NCBI GenBank assembly: GCA_051453625.1
Contig: JBOZIK010000001.1
Location: forward strand, 765,413 to 803,358
DNA: 37,946 bases
Direction of reading: 5' to 3'
Source of the DNA: Welwitschia mirabilis
Taxonomy: Eukaryota
Every line of letters starts with the position of its first letter. Position 1 is the stretch's first letter. A program made the position numbers and the translations under genes. The notes beneath the pieces were generated by a model. That model was given only the letters and a program-made list of their open reading frames with translations. It did not search any database and had not been told where the DNA came from. Shown here one piece after another: positions 1 to 13,550 of this stretch.

Positions 1-68
<68 letters not shown>
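1..68. repeat. (CT)n microsatellite, truncated by window start
   Basis: 34 perfect CT units at 1-68. Confidence 0.98.
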
Positions 69-69
<1 letters not shown>

Positions 70-109
70 ATTAATAATAATTATTAACATAATAATATCC
101 TATTAGCTT

Positions 110-870
110 ATATGAATGAATATTGCAAGAATGTTGGATCTTGAATAAACTAGTAAAAATATTCTATTTACTATAACAATAATGTCAAACATTGGGTTTT
201 CTAGAGCAATTGGAATATTTATGACAAAAATAAAACCTTAAAGCTCTTATAAATTTCCTTTTTCTTTGTAGCTAAAAGCAAGAAGCTATGAAATCATATT
301 ATTAATAAATAAAAAAATAAGTTGAATAAGTGGAGAGGGAAGAAACGTACACTAACTAGAAAAGATTTAGTAATAAATAATATTCTTTAACTACACATGT
401 CTATTACCCATCTTATTAGGTTCATAGTAAATCTTCTTATGGATAAATGAGTTAACTTGTTCAACATTTTATTTGATCCAGTTATTAAACTAAGAAAGTT
501 TTCTAGGATCACTGGGAAATTTGTAACTTAAGTAAAGCAAAAAAAGGTATTGGCCTTATTAATTATCATAAAGAAGAAATTTCTTTGTGCTCTAAATAAA
601 TATATGTTTAAATAGTAATGATGTTTGCAACATTCTTTTTATAAATAATATTAATTAAAGAAAACCTTAAAATTTGGTTCTTTAACATGGTAATGATTTC
701 TTTAATTAGGTTTTATTCTTAAGGCTATATCTATTTCAAAATAATTTTTTTAAAATAAGTTTAGAAGGCTTATATCACTATTGATTATTATTAGAAATAT
801 GAGTGCATTAATGTTTCATAATTAATGCTTCAATAATTGAATCCTTGGTGGATTTCATTTAATTAAAATA
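110..870 (+). mobile_element. Highly degenerate L1 LINE ORF2 fragment (region just downstream of the RT core)
   Basis: Manual translation gives EYCKNVGS*IN**K (~118-160, cf. SG..vN..Ks), KLNKWRGKKRTLTRKDLVINNIL (~319-387, cf. KL..Wk.k.LS.aGr..LI.svL) and HWEICNLSKAKKGIGLI (~510-560, cf. W..iC.pK..GGLG), in the order expected for plant L1 ORF2. Many stops; boundaries approximate. Confidence 0.55.
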
Positions 871-876
871 CATATG

Positions 877-1767
877 TGACAAGTGCTTATTTTATTTATA
901 AATATGCAAAAAAATTCAAAAAGATACTGGTAATGCTCTTTAAATAAGCCAAGTCATTAAAACTAATATTTATGAAATGTGACTAGAGAACTAATTGAGA
1001 TGATTAAATCTTCAACCATATTGTGTTGTCAAGACCATTCTTGAGAACAATCAACCTAAACATGTTAAGTTGAAGTTTGACCTTTAGTGAAATCACAAAT
1101 GAGAGATTATATATATATGAAGTATAAGATGGGAAAAATCATTGCTATAAATACTCAAGAATAATGCTAAACAAAACCTATTTATAATTGTTATTATATT
1201 CTAATATCTACTACCTATAGATACAAGATTAAAGAGATAAAGAAAATAAAACATTACTTTTTCAGGAAATGTAATAGTGCATCACATTTCAAGATAGCTC
1301 TACAGCTTGATCTTAGTTTCATATTATGATTACATAAAATGATGATTACATTGCTTTCCTTTGTAGGTGATACTAGAGTTGTGGAGACATTTTCCACTCT
1401 TTTTATAATGTTCTAGAGCTCTTAATCTTATATCCTTAGCTTTTAGACAATCTTTTCTACTTTCTCTAGTTTCTTCCCTCCTATCAAAGATTTTGATTCT
1501 CTGCTTCTTTATGCCTTTTATTCTTGTCTTATACTCTCTTAGCTAGTTATTTTCCTTCTTATTCCTTCAAAGTCGTTGCATGGAAGTAGTAACCCTGTTT
1601 CTTAACTATTCTATTGTCTCTCTTATATTTTCTTACCAAGTGGTATTTTCTTTCTTGTCTAAAGATACCACGGTGTACAAACCATTGTAAAAACAAATAT
1701 AATAAACATAACTATCTAGAAAGTATCATAATAACATTAATTACATACAAGTTAGTTTGACTCATCA
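877..1767 (-). repeat. 3' LTR of Athila-like element
   Basis: Begins TGACAAGTGCTTAT and ends CTCATCA. Colinear with 13551-14477 (shared block AAATAAGCCAAGTCATTAAAACTAATATTTATGAAA). Confidence 0.9.
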
Positions 1768-1785
1768 GTTTCCCTATACTTAAAC
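1768..1785 (-). promoter_or_regulatory. Polypurine tract (degenerate) of Athila-like element
   Basis: Minus strand reads GTTTAAGTATAGGGAAAC immediately before the TGATGAG LTR start, resembling Athila AAGTNTGGGG-type PPTs. Confidence 0.65.
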
Positions 1786-2099
1786 TTTTGTTATCTTCTT
1801 AACAAAATACTAAATGTTTTACTTCTTTAATCTTCTTTTAAGAATAAACAATTGATCTTTAGAAGATTTCTATTTTTTAAATTATTTTACTAGTTTGTTT
1901 GATTACTTTTATTATTTGAAGTTCTCCATTAATTTTCTTTGTTCTTCTTAGGGGGCTAGATCACCTACATTTATAGATTCATCTTCTTCCAAAATTAGAG
2001 TTTTTTGAATATTGATGCTTTTTCCCCTTTTTACCTATAGAAGAATCCATTATCACCTTTTTTTTCCCTTTTTTTTTTTTTTTGGTATAGATGGATTCT

Positions 2100-4500
2100 T
2101 GGGTTTAGCAACTAGGATTATGTAAAAGATGGCATGAAGAATGGTATTAGNNNNNNNNNNTAGTTTATTTCCTAATTCCTTCTCTATAATTTTTTTCCAA
2201 AAGGGATGGTGCAAATTCTAAAAGTATCATTTTTCTTTACTTTTAAAAAGACATTAGAAAAGTCACCCCTATCATATTCATACGAGTTATGATTCTTTCA
2301 TAGAGGAGCCTAAGCAGATGTATATCCTAAGAGGAAACTCCAAATAGACATATGCTCTTTTTACATTCTTGCATAATCTTGCTAAACATAATGGCTATGA
2401 TATCAATTAGATTTCTTATCTTCTCCACAAATAGATTAATTTTTTTATTTATCAAAATAATTTTCTAATTTTTGTAATTGATCACATGATGCTTCAAAAA
2501 TTTGACATATTTTAGACTAACCCCTTGAAGTTTTTTGTATTACATGTTGGAGTTGTTCTTAAAAATTGTTTATAAAAGCATATAATTTTTGTGGATAATA
2601 ATTTAAAATCTGAGGAACTACCAATTCTTCAAAACCAAAATTTATTATTTTTCCAAGTCCAGCCTCCATAATATGATTTTGATGTAAGATATCTAGATTA
2701 TCTTTCTCTGAATTTTGAATGATGGTTTTGGTAGATTTTTGGTAGATTAATCTAATTTTTTTTCTTAATTCAACTAAGGGTTGTTCCATATAACCCTTCA
2801 ATTTTAAGTCTACCCTACTAAAGCACTTTTTAAATCTTTCTTTCAAATTAATAGAAAGAGAATCACAAATTAAGATAAATTTATTTTCTTCAGAATGACT
2901 ACTCTTTGGCTATTCATTTATTATTTTACCCAAAAAAAAGTGGAAATTATTATAAAATTACTTTTGAATTTTGCCCTAAGTTTAGTGTTTATCTCATTTA
3001 ACTGCTGAATGAGTCTTTTGTTAGCTTCCAAGTGGGTTTGATAGTTATATGTAATATTCAATTCCTCAACCCACTTTTGTTTATAACTATCTGCATCAGT
3101 CACTATTTTAATGTATTTTTCATTGATTGTAGGTCAACCTAGATCTTCTTAAAATATTCTTTCTTTAAAGGTAAAGGTCCTTCCTGGTGAATAAATGTGA
3201 TGAACTTTTATTACCACTCAATATACTGTACATGATAATTTTTTGAGGTGGTCATGTTTTAATAAGGAGATTAATATTTTATGTTTTTTTTCTTAACCCC
3301 CTCTCTAGAGCATTCTTATCTTCCAAAATTATCTCCAACTCAAATATCCTCGCATAGGCCCCTTGCAATTTTTCCATTTTACTTTTATAGAAATATGAGG
3401 AGTAAATTTCAAATAATAAATTTTCAACATCCTTTTCTAATCTAATATTCTTTCTTTTTTCTTTCTCTAATTATTTTTTTAAAAATTAATTTTCCATATA
3501 GAGGCAAGAATTTTGATTTTTTATAAGTGAAAGCTCTTCCTTTTGACTAATGTAAAGTTACATTTCCTCTCTAAATGTGTTTAAAGCATTACAAAAACTA
3601 TCAAATTTATCTTCTTCTAAAGCCTTTGTGAATGATAAAAGTGAAGAAATGATTTTTGGTAACTGTTCCACATTGAATTGTGTTGTATGTGGTTCTTCTA
3701 TCATTGTAGATGATGATTCAATACAAAGTAGGATAGTTGAAATACTAGGTTTCCTGTATTCATGTTCACTCTTAAGGATACTCAATGTTTAAACTCTAAA
3801 ATAATGACTAGCATGTTATTTCAATATGTTGTTTATTTATCCTTGGGTTGATCCTTCTACGACTAAGAAGCCTAGTGATTATTAAGGGAAATCCTAAACT
3901 AATAACTCTTAAAGATCCAAGTTTCCTCACTTTTGTAATATATTTTAAAATTTCTTGAAAAATTTCTTTTATGATATTAACATTGTTTTATTTTGTGGTA
4001 TTTTTTATTGCTTCAAATAGGTACTAGATAGAATTAGTCCTTTTTGTTTATTTAAGTATAGTACTAGGTTGCTTGGTATCATTCGAGAGAAGCCAAAAAG
4101 TTCTAACTCCAAATTTTTATTATTTGGAATCCTCCCATTAATGGCAGTTCTCTCCAACATATTCATACTTAATTTAGTATCCTCTTTCCTATTAGTGACT
4201 TCAATCAATCTTCCTCCATTTGGTAAATTTAATATTCTTTGTCTGTATTCTCTGAAAAATGAAATTTTTGTATTAAAAACAATAGTATTGAGTAAATTTT
4301 CTACCTCATTAAACTCTAAATGTTTGTAAAATTTGAAAACTATCTCAAAGCTATGTTCTTTTTTCATTGTTAACCAATCATACAATTCTAATTCTATTAT
4401 TTGGTTTTTAAAATATATTAGACATGGATTTGTAAGGATTCCACTAAAATATAAGGAATATATGATTCTACATTCTAATAAATAAAAACGTTCTTTAATG
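2100..4500 (-). pseudogene. Degenerate extra (env-like) ORF of the Athila-like element, broken into ORFs 4005-4385, 3558-3785, 2921-3103 and 2559-2846
   Basis: Four co-oriented minus-strand ORF fragments lie between integrase and PPT. The first (WLTMKKEHSFEIVFKFYKHL...TIVFNTKISFFREY...LNLPNGG) resembles the N-terminus of Athila env-like/putative plant transposon proteins. Boundaries approximate. Confidence 0.55.
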
Positions 4501-4778
4501 CAATTAGAAGCATGTAAAACATAAGGCTTAGGTTAGGTTAACTAGCTTCCACACTAGTAGCTAAGGCTATTATTCAATTTTAAGTTAACCTTTTCTTTAG
4601 CCCACTACTTTAGACTATTATGCAAGATAATAATTTTCAAAAATTTATCACATTTATTAAACTAAAATTATAATAATAATGTATGTTTTAGGGTTTTTGG
4701 ATGAGTTGTCATTTTCCAATAGTTAGTAAACTTCCAAAATAACAATGATCTTAAAATCATGGTATGTTTTTAACACAA

Positions 4779-5350
4779 ATGAGCTTTTATTTTTCTAACT
4801 TTTTATTTTCTAATGAGTTTTATTTTCTAACAATAGTAAGCTTAAAAATATTAGTGTGTTTAACTAATAATCTNNNNNNNNNNNNNNNNNNNNNNNNNNN
4901 NNNNNNNNNNNNNNNNNNNNNNNNNNNNNNNNNNNNNNNNNNNNNNNNNNNNNNNNNNNNNNNNNNNNNNNNNNNNNNNNNNNNNNNNNNNNNNNNNNNN
5001 NNNNNNNNNNNNNNNNNNNNNNNNNNNNNNNNNNNNNNNNNNNNNNNNNNNNNNNNNNNNNNNNNNNNNNNNNNNNNNNNNNNNNNNNNNNNNNNNNNNN
5101 NNNNNNNNNNNNNNNNNNNNNNNNNNNNNNNNNNNNNNNNNNNNNNNNNNNNNNNNNNNNNNNNNNNNNNNNNNNNNNNNNNNNNNNNNNNNNNNNNNNN
5201 NNNNNNNNNNNNNNNNNNNNNNNNNNNNNNNNNNNNNNNNNNNNNNNNNNNNNNNNNNNNNNNNNNNNNNNNNNNNNNNNNNNNNNCTAATGAGTATTAT
5301 TTTCTAATAATAGTGAGCTTGAAGATATTAGTGTGTTTAATTTATGAGCT
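4779..5350. repeat. Short tandem repeat flanking an assembly gap (N run 4874-5286)
   Basis: CTAATGAGT(T/A)TTATTTTCTAA(C/T)AATAGT(A/G)AGCTT(A/G)AA(A/G)ATATTAGTGTGTTTAA occurs on both sides of the gap. Confidence 0.7.
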
Positions 5351-5744
5351 TAAAAATAACAATGCATTTTTCATTTTATAATTCTTAAGAATTCTACCTT
5401 ATCCCTTAGAAAAAGAATTGCATACTCTCGAATGCAAATAAAAATTTCTTATCACAATAGGTTGCAATTACTTGAGTGGCCATGAAAAGTCATAAAGGAA
5501 AGTTGAAATGTCACAAAAGTCACAAAAATATCATGAAATAAAATGTAGAATTAAAAGCTACCTAGTTCACTTCTGATAATCTTGGAATTATATGTGCTAG
5601 AATTAATCCATCTTATTCTATCTAATCTCAAGTCTAAATGTTCCACATCTAACAAATGTGAAAATTATTTATTGCCAAGTTGAGATGGAAATTAGAGAAA
5701 TCCATGTGTCACTTACTACAAAGAGGATCAATAATTTTAAAGAG

Positions 5745-6010
5745 GTCATTGAGTTTGCAGTTAAGTGAGAAAGAGTTAGAAAGAAGGACTAAGAAACTCA
5801 AAGGAATTATTGAGTTTGTGGTTAAGTAAGAAAAAGTTGAAAAGTTGGATCAGAAAATTCAAAATATTCATCAAGTTTGTGGTTAAGTAAGAAAGAGTTG
5901 GAAATGAGGGTCAAGAAACTCAAAGTAATTATCAAGTTTGCAATTAAGTGAGAAAAATGGAAAAGAGGGATCAAGAAATTCAAAGAAGTCATCAAGGTTA
6001 AGGTTAAGGA
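5745..6010. repeat. Degenerate minisatellite, ~60-62 bp unit, ~4.5 copies
   Basis: Anchor (G/A)AGTTTG...TTAAG recurs at ~5751, 5812, 5874 and 5934, with a more diverged copy (AAGGTTAAGGTTAAG) at ~5994. Confidence 0.85.
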
Positions 6011-8138
6011 GGGTGAGAGGCCATGGGAAGGTTATATGTAAGTGGTTACCAGTTCTCAACAGGGTAAGGGGATTATTGAGATCTTGAAAGTTCTCAATGA
6101 GGATCATCAAACACAGATGCTAAGCTGTTTTCGAGTTCAGAAGGGCTCTTCAACAACTCATAAGTTCTCAAATAGGGTCTTCGAATTCCTTATCACTCAA
6201 ATATTTAAGTAAGGAAAATAAGAGGGTACAGCTTGCTGAAGGCAACCTAAAGTAAAAACTTGAAGAGGGTCATTAATTTTGGCACTCCCTTCCCCCAAAC
6301 TTTAGTTATAGTAAGAGTTGGTTAAGTAAAGACTTAATCTGGAATTTATGTTCTAGGTTAAAGAATTGATTAATGCAACAATTAATGTACCTTTAGCATT
6401 ATATTTCTTTATTGAAATGATTTATAAGATCTCATTACTGTAGAATTTCAGAAAGAGCATAGATTAAAAACCATCATTAGTATAAATTATTTCATGCTAC
6501 TTTATTTTATCATTTGATTATGAATTCATACTCCTATAACTTATTAAGTCATTTTTGTAGATAGGCTAAGATTGAAGGAGCTTATTTCAAGGAGAAAAAA
6601 GATTTTAAACTAATTTATTATTGATCTAAAGTTTCAACTTCATATCAAACTATAATTAGTTTAGTATTCCTTTAATAAATTACTCTAGTGTAACTAATAA
6701 AGTCTTTTGTAGGTATGATCCTATTTGTATGATTATGTGATTAAGTAGTTTAAGAATTGTATCAATTAAAAGAACACTTATCAAATAGAAGGATAATTAT
6801 AAAATATATTTCTTACTTAATTCACTCAACACATTTTTACACTCATTTTATTATTCCTTTTTGCTTAGTGTTCTATTGTATTCTCTTATGGATTCCCACT
6901 CTGTTAAATTTCCCATCCCATCTTCTTCTCCAAAAAATCTGTCTGCTATTAGAAAGATTAAATAATGTTTGTTTAAATTTGGCCTTGGTTATATTGATAT
7001 ATGCATTTAGAGCATTGAACCTATCTCCTTACAGACAGCTGTTCGAACAAAAACTGTAGTTGTGTTTTTTTTATAGTACTTAATACCTTGTATTTCTTTG
7101 TTATGAAAGAAGGTAGATATAGATTCCATAATGAAGTCATTCCTTAATGTTTTGGTCCAATGATCAATCATCTTTCTTGTGATTATTTGAGGCTAATGGC
7201 ACAATATTCATCGATAGATGAGTCATAAGAAATCAATGTATGGTGTTACATTGGGAAGGTTGACTAGGCAAATACAAGAGATAGAAAGGAGGTTTGATCA
7301 ACTAGAGGGCATCAATCTAAATCATAGTTTAGTGATGCTCAGTTTTGATAAGGAACACATTAAAAAACAGTATGGAATATAAGAAGGTTTACTAATTTTT
7401 GGAGTGCACATCCTAGTAAAATACAAATGCTATCCTCTACCTTGAATGAAATGCATTTAATGTCTTCCTCCTTAGGTCCTATTCCTCCTTAGGTCCTCTT
7501 CTAGTTAGAAAGTCCAAGAGGAAGAATAAATTTTCAGATTGTTTCAAGAAGTGAAATTTTTTTTCTCTTTCTTTTTAAACAAAAAATTATTTACTATTGT
7601 TTTTTTTTTTTTTTGCTCCTAGTATTTTGTGTTTCAATAAGTGTGTAGGGTGAACTACTACAATAATTACCTATTTTAATAAAAAGAGTTATCCTGGCTT
7701 TGCCTACAAATTATTTTCTACTATTTTATTAGTTCATGACAATTCCATTCAAAAGATAATTCTCTACATCAGACTCTTAATTAATAGAAAATCATGGAAA
7801 GTGATTTAAGACTAAGAGGCCTTTTTTTTTTTAAACTTGAACAGAGTTTAATGATTATTCATGAATTATGGTGTGATATCCTCGCTCTGTATGCCACCAT
7901 AAAATTAGACAAATAAATGAATAAAATTCTTGTGCTATGATATAATAGTTATGTTTTCGTAATTAGCTCTATCTTAGATAACACATGGCCCCTAACTATT
8001 TCTTAAGATAAATTTTAATTTTCAAAATCCACAAAGAGGAGGGTGAAACCACTATTAGAGGAGTAAAAATCGACAAGCCAACTAATCACCTAGTGGAGTT
8101 TTCATAGCTACATGAGGTAGAACACTGTGGCATTTATC

Positions 8139-8245
<107 letters not shown>

Positions 8246-8649
8246 AAATTTTAACATAAATATAGACACAAATAAATCATCCTCTAATGGAATATTTAAC
8301 CAAATCCACATGCATAATCTCCTATTTAAGACTTATCAAGATAATCTCTTATATTGAAAAGAATTCACAATTATCTTCCATAATCTAAAAGATCGAATGT
8401 AAAGAAGGAATCTTTTAAGAAGTTGACATGTCTTCTTATCTATTTTTGTTATACCTATAAATGGAGTGGGAGTATCCTGTCCACTCTATAAGAGTTTAAT
8501 AAATAAATATTTATGATCACTTTAAATTCTCAACTTTTACCCATTCAGGTTGTAAGTTACCCTTTTATCAGAGTCATATATTTCAACAGCTTCATTTCTT
8601 AGTACTTTGGTTACTATAAATGGCTTAATCCAATTTTGTATGTATTTTT

Positions 8650-11600
8650 GTTTTGAGTAAAGCTTTTTAGGATCATAAACTAGAACTAAATTACCTTCTT
8701 TAATTTCTATTTTTCTTATATCATTATCATGATTTATTTTATATTTTTATTATGTGAGTTATTTTCTTAAAAGGGGTTTTTCTCCTTTGATCATCTAAAA
8801 TGTTCATATTCAATCCATTCTTCTTAGGCTTTATCTAAATCAAATTTTAGTACTTTAGCTAATTTGAAGGTTTTAATTTTAAACTCTATGGGTAATATTA
8901 CCCTTTTTCCATAAACTAATTCATAATCTTTGAATCATATACTATTTTTTTAAGTTATTCTACAAATCCATAAAGCTTCATTCAATTTTTCCACCCAATT
9001 TATTTTCTTACTATTGATAGATTTGGTTAATATTCCATTTAATTCCCTATTGGTCACCTTAGCTTGGCCATGGATTTGAAAGTGGCAAGCAGTAGATAGT
9101 TGTACTATATTCTATATTTAAGAAGGAATTTTTCAAAACGTTCACAAGCAAAATGAGTTCATTTATCAGAGATAATACTTCTATGTACTCCAATCTGATA
9201 AATAATGTTTTAAGGAAAACGTTTATGATTGTTTATGAAGAATAATGTGCTACAGCCTGAGCTTCTACCCACTTAGTAAGATAATTGACATAGATCAAAA
9301 TATATCTCTTTTCATATGAAGAAGGACTAAATGGACTGATAAATTCTATTCTCTATACATTAAAGTACTCAATTGACTGTATCCATTATCGTGGCATCTC
9401 CAACTTTTGATTAAATGTCCCTTCCTCTTGACATTTATCACTTTTTTGGATGTGCATAAAGGAACCTTTGAATATAGTTAGTCAATTATATCCTGTGTGT
9501 AGGATTTTCATTCTTATTGTTCTAGCACCATAATGCCTTCTCCTTCTTTATTATGAGCTTCTTTGAGGATTTCATTTTGTAATTCTTCTTTGACACATCT
9601 CCTTATAATATGATCCTTGCATTTTTTAAATGAGGTTTTATCATGCTATATATAATCTCTAGCTTCCATTAGTAATTTGTTCCTTTCATAATAGTTCATA
9701 AAGGGGGTAATTTCTTACTGNNNNNNNNNNAACTCTAATCTAGATAAATGATTTGTCACCACAAATCAAATTCTACATCAAAAATATCCATTTCATAACT
9801 CTTGAATTTTATTCTTTTTTATTCATTAGGAATCCTATTGCACTATGATTAATATGGCCTTATGAAATGTATAAATTTCTCTAGTGACATAACTACTGTC
9901 AATAACTCTTTTTCCATAACTATATAATTTTGTTGAGCTGCTTTGAAATTTTTGCTGGTACAAGCCATGGCATAAGGTTTATTTTCATCATCATTTTACC
10001 TTAAAAAATCCCCCATAGCATGATTAGATGCACTAATTATTATATAAAATGGTTTTATTCAATTGATTCCCTATAAAATAGGATTCATCCACAATTTATT
10101 TTGTAAGGTTTGATAAGCTTCGTAGCATTCATTAGTCCAACTATATTCTATATTTTTTTCTTTTTTGTAGGAGGTTTCTAAGAGGTTTGTTAATCTTACT
10201 AAAATTAGCTATGAACCTCATATGATAACTCACATGTCCAAGAAAGTATCTAAGTTTCTTTAACTTAGTCAATAGTAATATGTCTTTTATAATTTTAATT
10301 TTCTATTCATTAGTTTCAATCCCCTTTTTAGAAATTTTACACCGAAGGAATATTCCTTCTGTTAGCATGAGGTAACTCTTGGACCAACTCAATTTGAGCT
10401 TCTTTTCTTCACACCTTTCCAAAAGATCTATCTAAAAATTCCTCAAAGTTATTTCTAAATGTCAAGAAGTCATTCATGTATACTTCCATTGATCTTCCTT
10501 TACTATCTTAAAGTATGCTATTCACTAATCTTTGAAAAGTTGCTAGATCATTACGTAGTCCAAATAGTAATACTTTAAAGGCATAAGTTTCCCTATAACA
10601 TGTGAAAGTAGTTTTGGCCTGATCTTCTAAGGTTATAATAGCTTGATTGTATCCACTATACCCATCAAGCAAATTGTAATAGTGATGTCCCAAAATACTT
10701 TCCAAAACTTGATCTATAAATGGTAAATGAAAATGATCCTTAAAGGTTGTTGTATTTAACATTCTAAAATATATATAGACTCACCCTTTGTTTTCCTATT
10801 TTGGTACTATAATAATAGGACTAACCCATTCTAAATCTAATATGGGATTACAAATTTCACATTCAAAAGTTTGGTTATTTCTTATGTAACTACTTCCTGC
10901 ATATGTGGATTACATCTTCTTTTAGGTTGTTTATATGGTTTAATTAAACTATCAAGGTAGATTCTACACTAGAATATTTCAGGATTTATTCCTTCAATAT
11001 CATTATGATCTCATGCAAAGGCTTTCCTTTTTTTTTTATCAATGTCCTCTTAAGTATTCTCTTTAGAAAATGAGTTAAGTTACTATTAATTATAAGGGGT
11101 TTATTGAAAGCTACTTCTATGTATTCTACTCCTTCCTTAAAAGGTGGTTTTTCTCCTTGTTGAGATGGTAATTCTTATTCTTTATATTTTTCCTCATTTT
11201 ATTGTTTTAGTATTGCATGTGCTTCTTGGACTAATAAGACATTAGTTTAGGACTTAGGGTTCAATCCTATTCCTCTAAAATTGTTATCTCAGATAATCTA
11301 AGTATTTATTTTACATCCTCTAGGCTAATTTCCATACCCTTTTTCTAGAGTAAATAGTGGCATCAACAGTAGCCATCCAAGGTCTTCCTAAAATTCCTAC
11401 ATGTATGTTCCTTGGGGTTTTCATAATTAGGGATTCTATTAAATAAGTAAATCCTTGGAGCTCAGTAGGTGGATCTTTGAGAATTCATTTTGGAGTTATT
11501 GTTGATCCATCTACTAGATGCACCTTTTCTTGGTAGGATGATAATTTTGGTTTTCTTATTCTTCATAGGTTCCATAAGCCATGACATTTACACTAGCTTC

Positions 11601-13300
11601 TAAATCAACTAAAGCTTCAAGTTTGAGATATATTATAAATTTTAATATCTATCATAAGTGTTCCTAGAGCACTATGTTTTTCATGTTGCTTCTTTTGAAG
11701 AATTTGTGTAGAAGGCCATGATTCTTGTTCCTTTTTTATCATTTCAATCTGTTGAACTTTTTGTGCCTTTCTACCTCTTTTTTTTAAACACATAATTTTT
11801 GTTTGCTTTCAATAAATAGGCACATCTTTGAACAATTTTAATAGGAATAAATCTATTAAAGTATTTTCAAGGACCTTTGTTAAATATTCCATGTTCTTCT
11901 TCAATTTTTGAATGCTCAATTTCTTTACTCCTGATAGAAAAATGTATAGCTTCTGATTGTTCTTTTATTATTACTTCTTTTTTAGTTGAGTTTCTCCTTT
12001 TTTAGTTGAGTTATTTATTTGATTTCTTCTTTTTGATTCCCAAGCTGTTACTTTAGATTCCCCTAATCTAGTAGATATTGATTTACTAGTGCCTTTTTTA
12101 GGGTTTGGTTGTGGTTGTGCAGGGATTTTTATTTCTTTTTTGTCCAATTTCTATTTTTCTTTATCCTCTTTGACATCCTTATTCCTCCAATTTCTGTAAT
12201 ATTTAAATTATTATTGCCTTTTAAAGTTGACATATTTCTGTAAAGGTTTTTATGTCTTTATTTTCCATTTCCTACTTTGATAAGGATAAGGTTTTTGTTT
12301 AGTCTGTGGTTGATTTCCTATATTTAGATCTACTATATTTATGTCTAACCATTGAACAAAATCTTCCATCTAAGGACAGCTAATCTCTTTATAGTCATCT
12401 TCTCCACAATGTTCACAAGTGGGATCCTCTTCTTTTTGCAAATGCTAAACAGCTAGTTAATCAAACTTTTCAATCATATTATTAGTTACTTTCTTAGATG
12501 CCTCTTCCATAAGACTAACATGTTTAGAGCTATAAACACTTTCTTTAAATTTGGTGATAGATATTTTACTAACTTTTCTCTTCTTTTCTTCTTGAGTTCA
12601 ACCTTGACTCATATTGTAAATCTAAGTGATAGGCTTCTCTAATTTCCTGTAAGTTTTTTGTCTTAATGCTTACTCTACACAATAAATCTAACTCCTTTAA
12701 GGTTTGACTCTATAACTCTTTTAGTAAAGCTCTTACTTTTTATCTAGATGAAATCCCATGATCAGGACATCTACCCAATAATACATTATATCTTTCCATA
12801 AACTCATCAAATCTCTCATTATATTTTTGTTAATATTCAAAGTCTGATCTCTCAGATCATCTATTATTTTCATAGGTCGAAATTATCTAAGAAAGCATTT
12901 TTAAACACTCCCCAACAGTAAAAGGAATGCTTAGGATTCTCATGATACCAATTAGTCTTCCCCTTTTAAAGAAAAAGGAAAATATCTCAAAAATTCAAAT
13001 TCTATGTTTAAATAATTAGCTTTGTAGAATGAGTTAAATAAACTCAAATGCATTAGGGTTCTACAGATTTCTTACCTTCAAAGATAGGTATGACTATGTT
13101 ATTGATATTCCTTGCTTTATTAGGGATTTCTGAGATATTTGGGTTGATGGAACTTAAATCCTTCAACCAATGGGTATCATTGTTTAAAGGCCTAGAATCA
13201 CCATCATCTTTCCAATAACAACCTATCATAAATATGTTTCTAGGGCTTGACATTGCCTGCTTCTAGAACATTCTTCTTGTTCATGGGTACCCTAAGCAAG
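8650..13300 (-). pseudogene. gag-pol polyprotein remnant of Athila-like element (gag, protease, RT, RNase H, integrase)
   Basis: Minus-strand motifs: FLRYFPFSLKG (~12960-12995) and ERFDEFMERYNVLLGRCPDHG (~12755-12820) for gag; EALVDLEASVNVM (~11580-11620) for protease; DHFHLPFIDQVLE...DGYSGYNQ...KTTFTC...FGLRNDLATFQR (ORF 10508-10762) and MEVYMND (~10470-10490) for RT; YLTKWVEAQAV (~9250-9285) for integrase. Numerous stops and frameshifts. Confidence 0.9.
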
Positions 13301-13530
13301 TTGGCTATTCGTTGTTTCATTTCCTTTATAAGTTAAGGAAAATTTGTTCTTTGACTACCTAACCTCAAGTTGCTTCATCCATGTCAAAGTCTTCTTCCTC
13401 TACCCTTATGTTCCTCTAAATTATACTTTCCTAGGTTATTAACAAATCTTCCTCTTTTATCTATCCATTTTCCTTGGTTATATATCTAGACTACATACCT
13501 CTTCATCTTTGTTAATTGACTTTACAATGG

Positions 13531-13547
13531 CCCTCTTTCTAGTGCTA
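13531..13547 (-). promoter_or_regulatory. Primer-binding site, tRNA-Asn type (degenerate)
   Basis: Minus strand TAGCACTAGAAAGAGGG lies 3 nt after the 5' LTR and matches TGGCGCTAGAAGGAGGG (complement of the plant tRNA-Asn 3' end as I recall it) at 14/17, all three mismatches G>A. Confidence 0.7.
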
Positions 13548-13550
13548 AAA

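Noticed and set aside
4764..5381. 205-aa ORF
   Set aside because: Artefact of the N gap; mostly X residues
5745..6010. Regularly spaced repeats as a CRISPR-like array
   Set aside because: Whole units are homologous with no unique spacers, there are no cas genes, and the context is eukaryotic TE sequence; the same applies to 29445-29680
6284..6303. PPT-like AAGTTTGGGGGAAGGGAG on the minus strand
   Set aside because: Not followed by a recognisable LTR start or repeat, so no element boundary can be assigned
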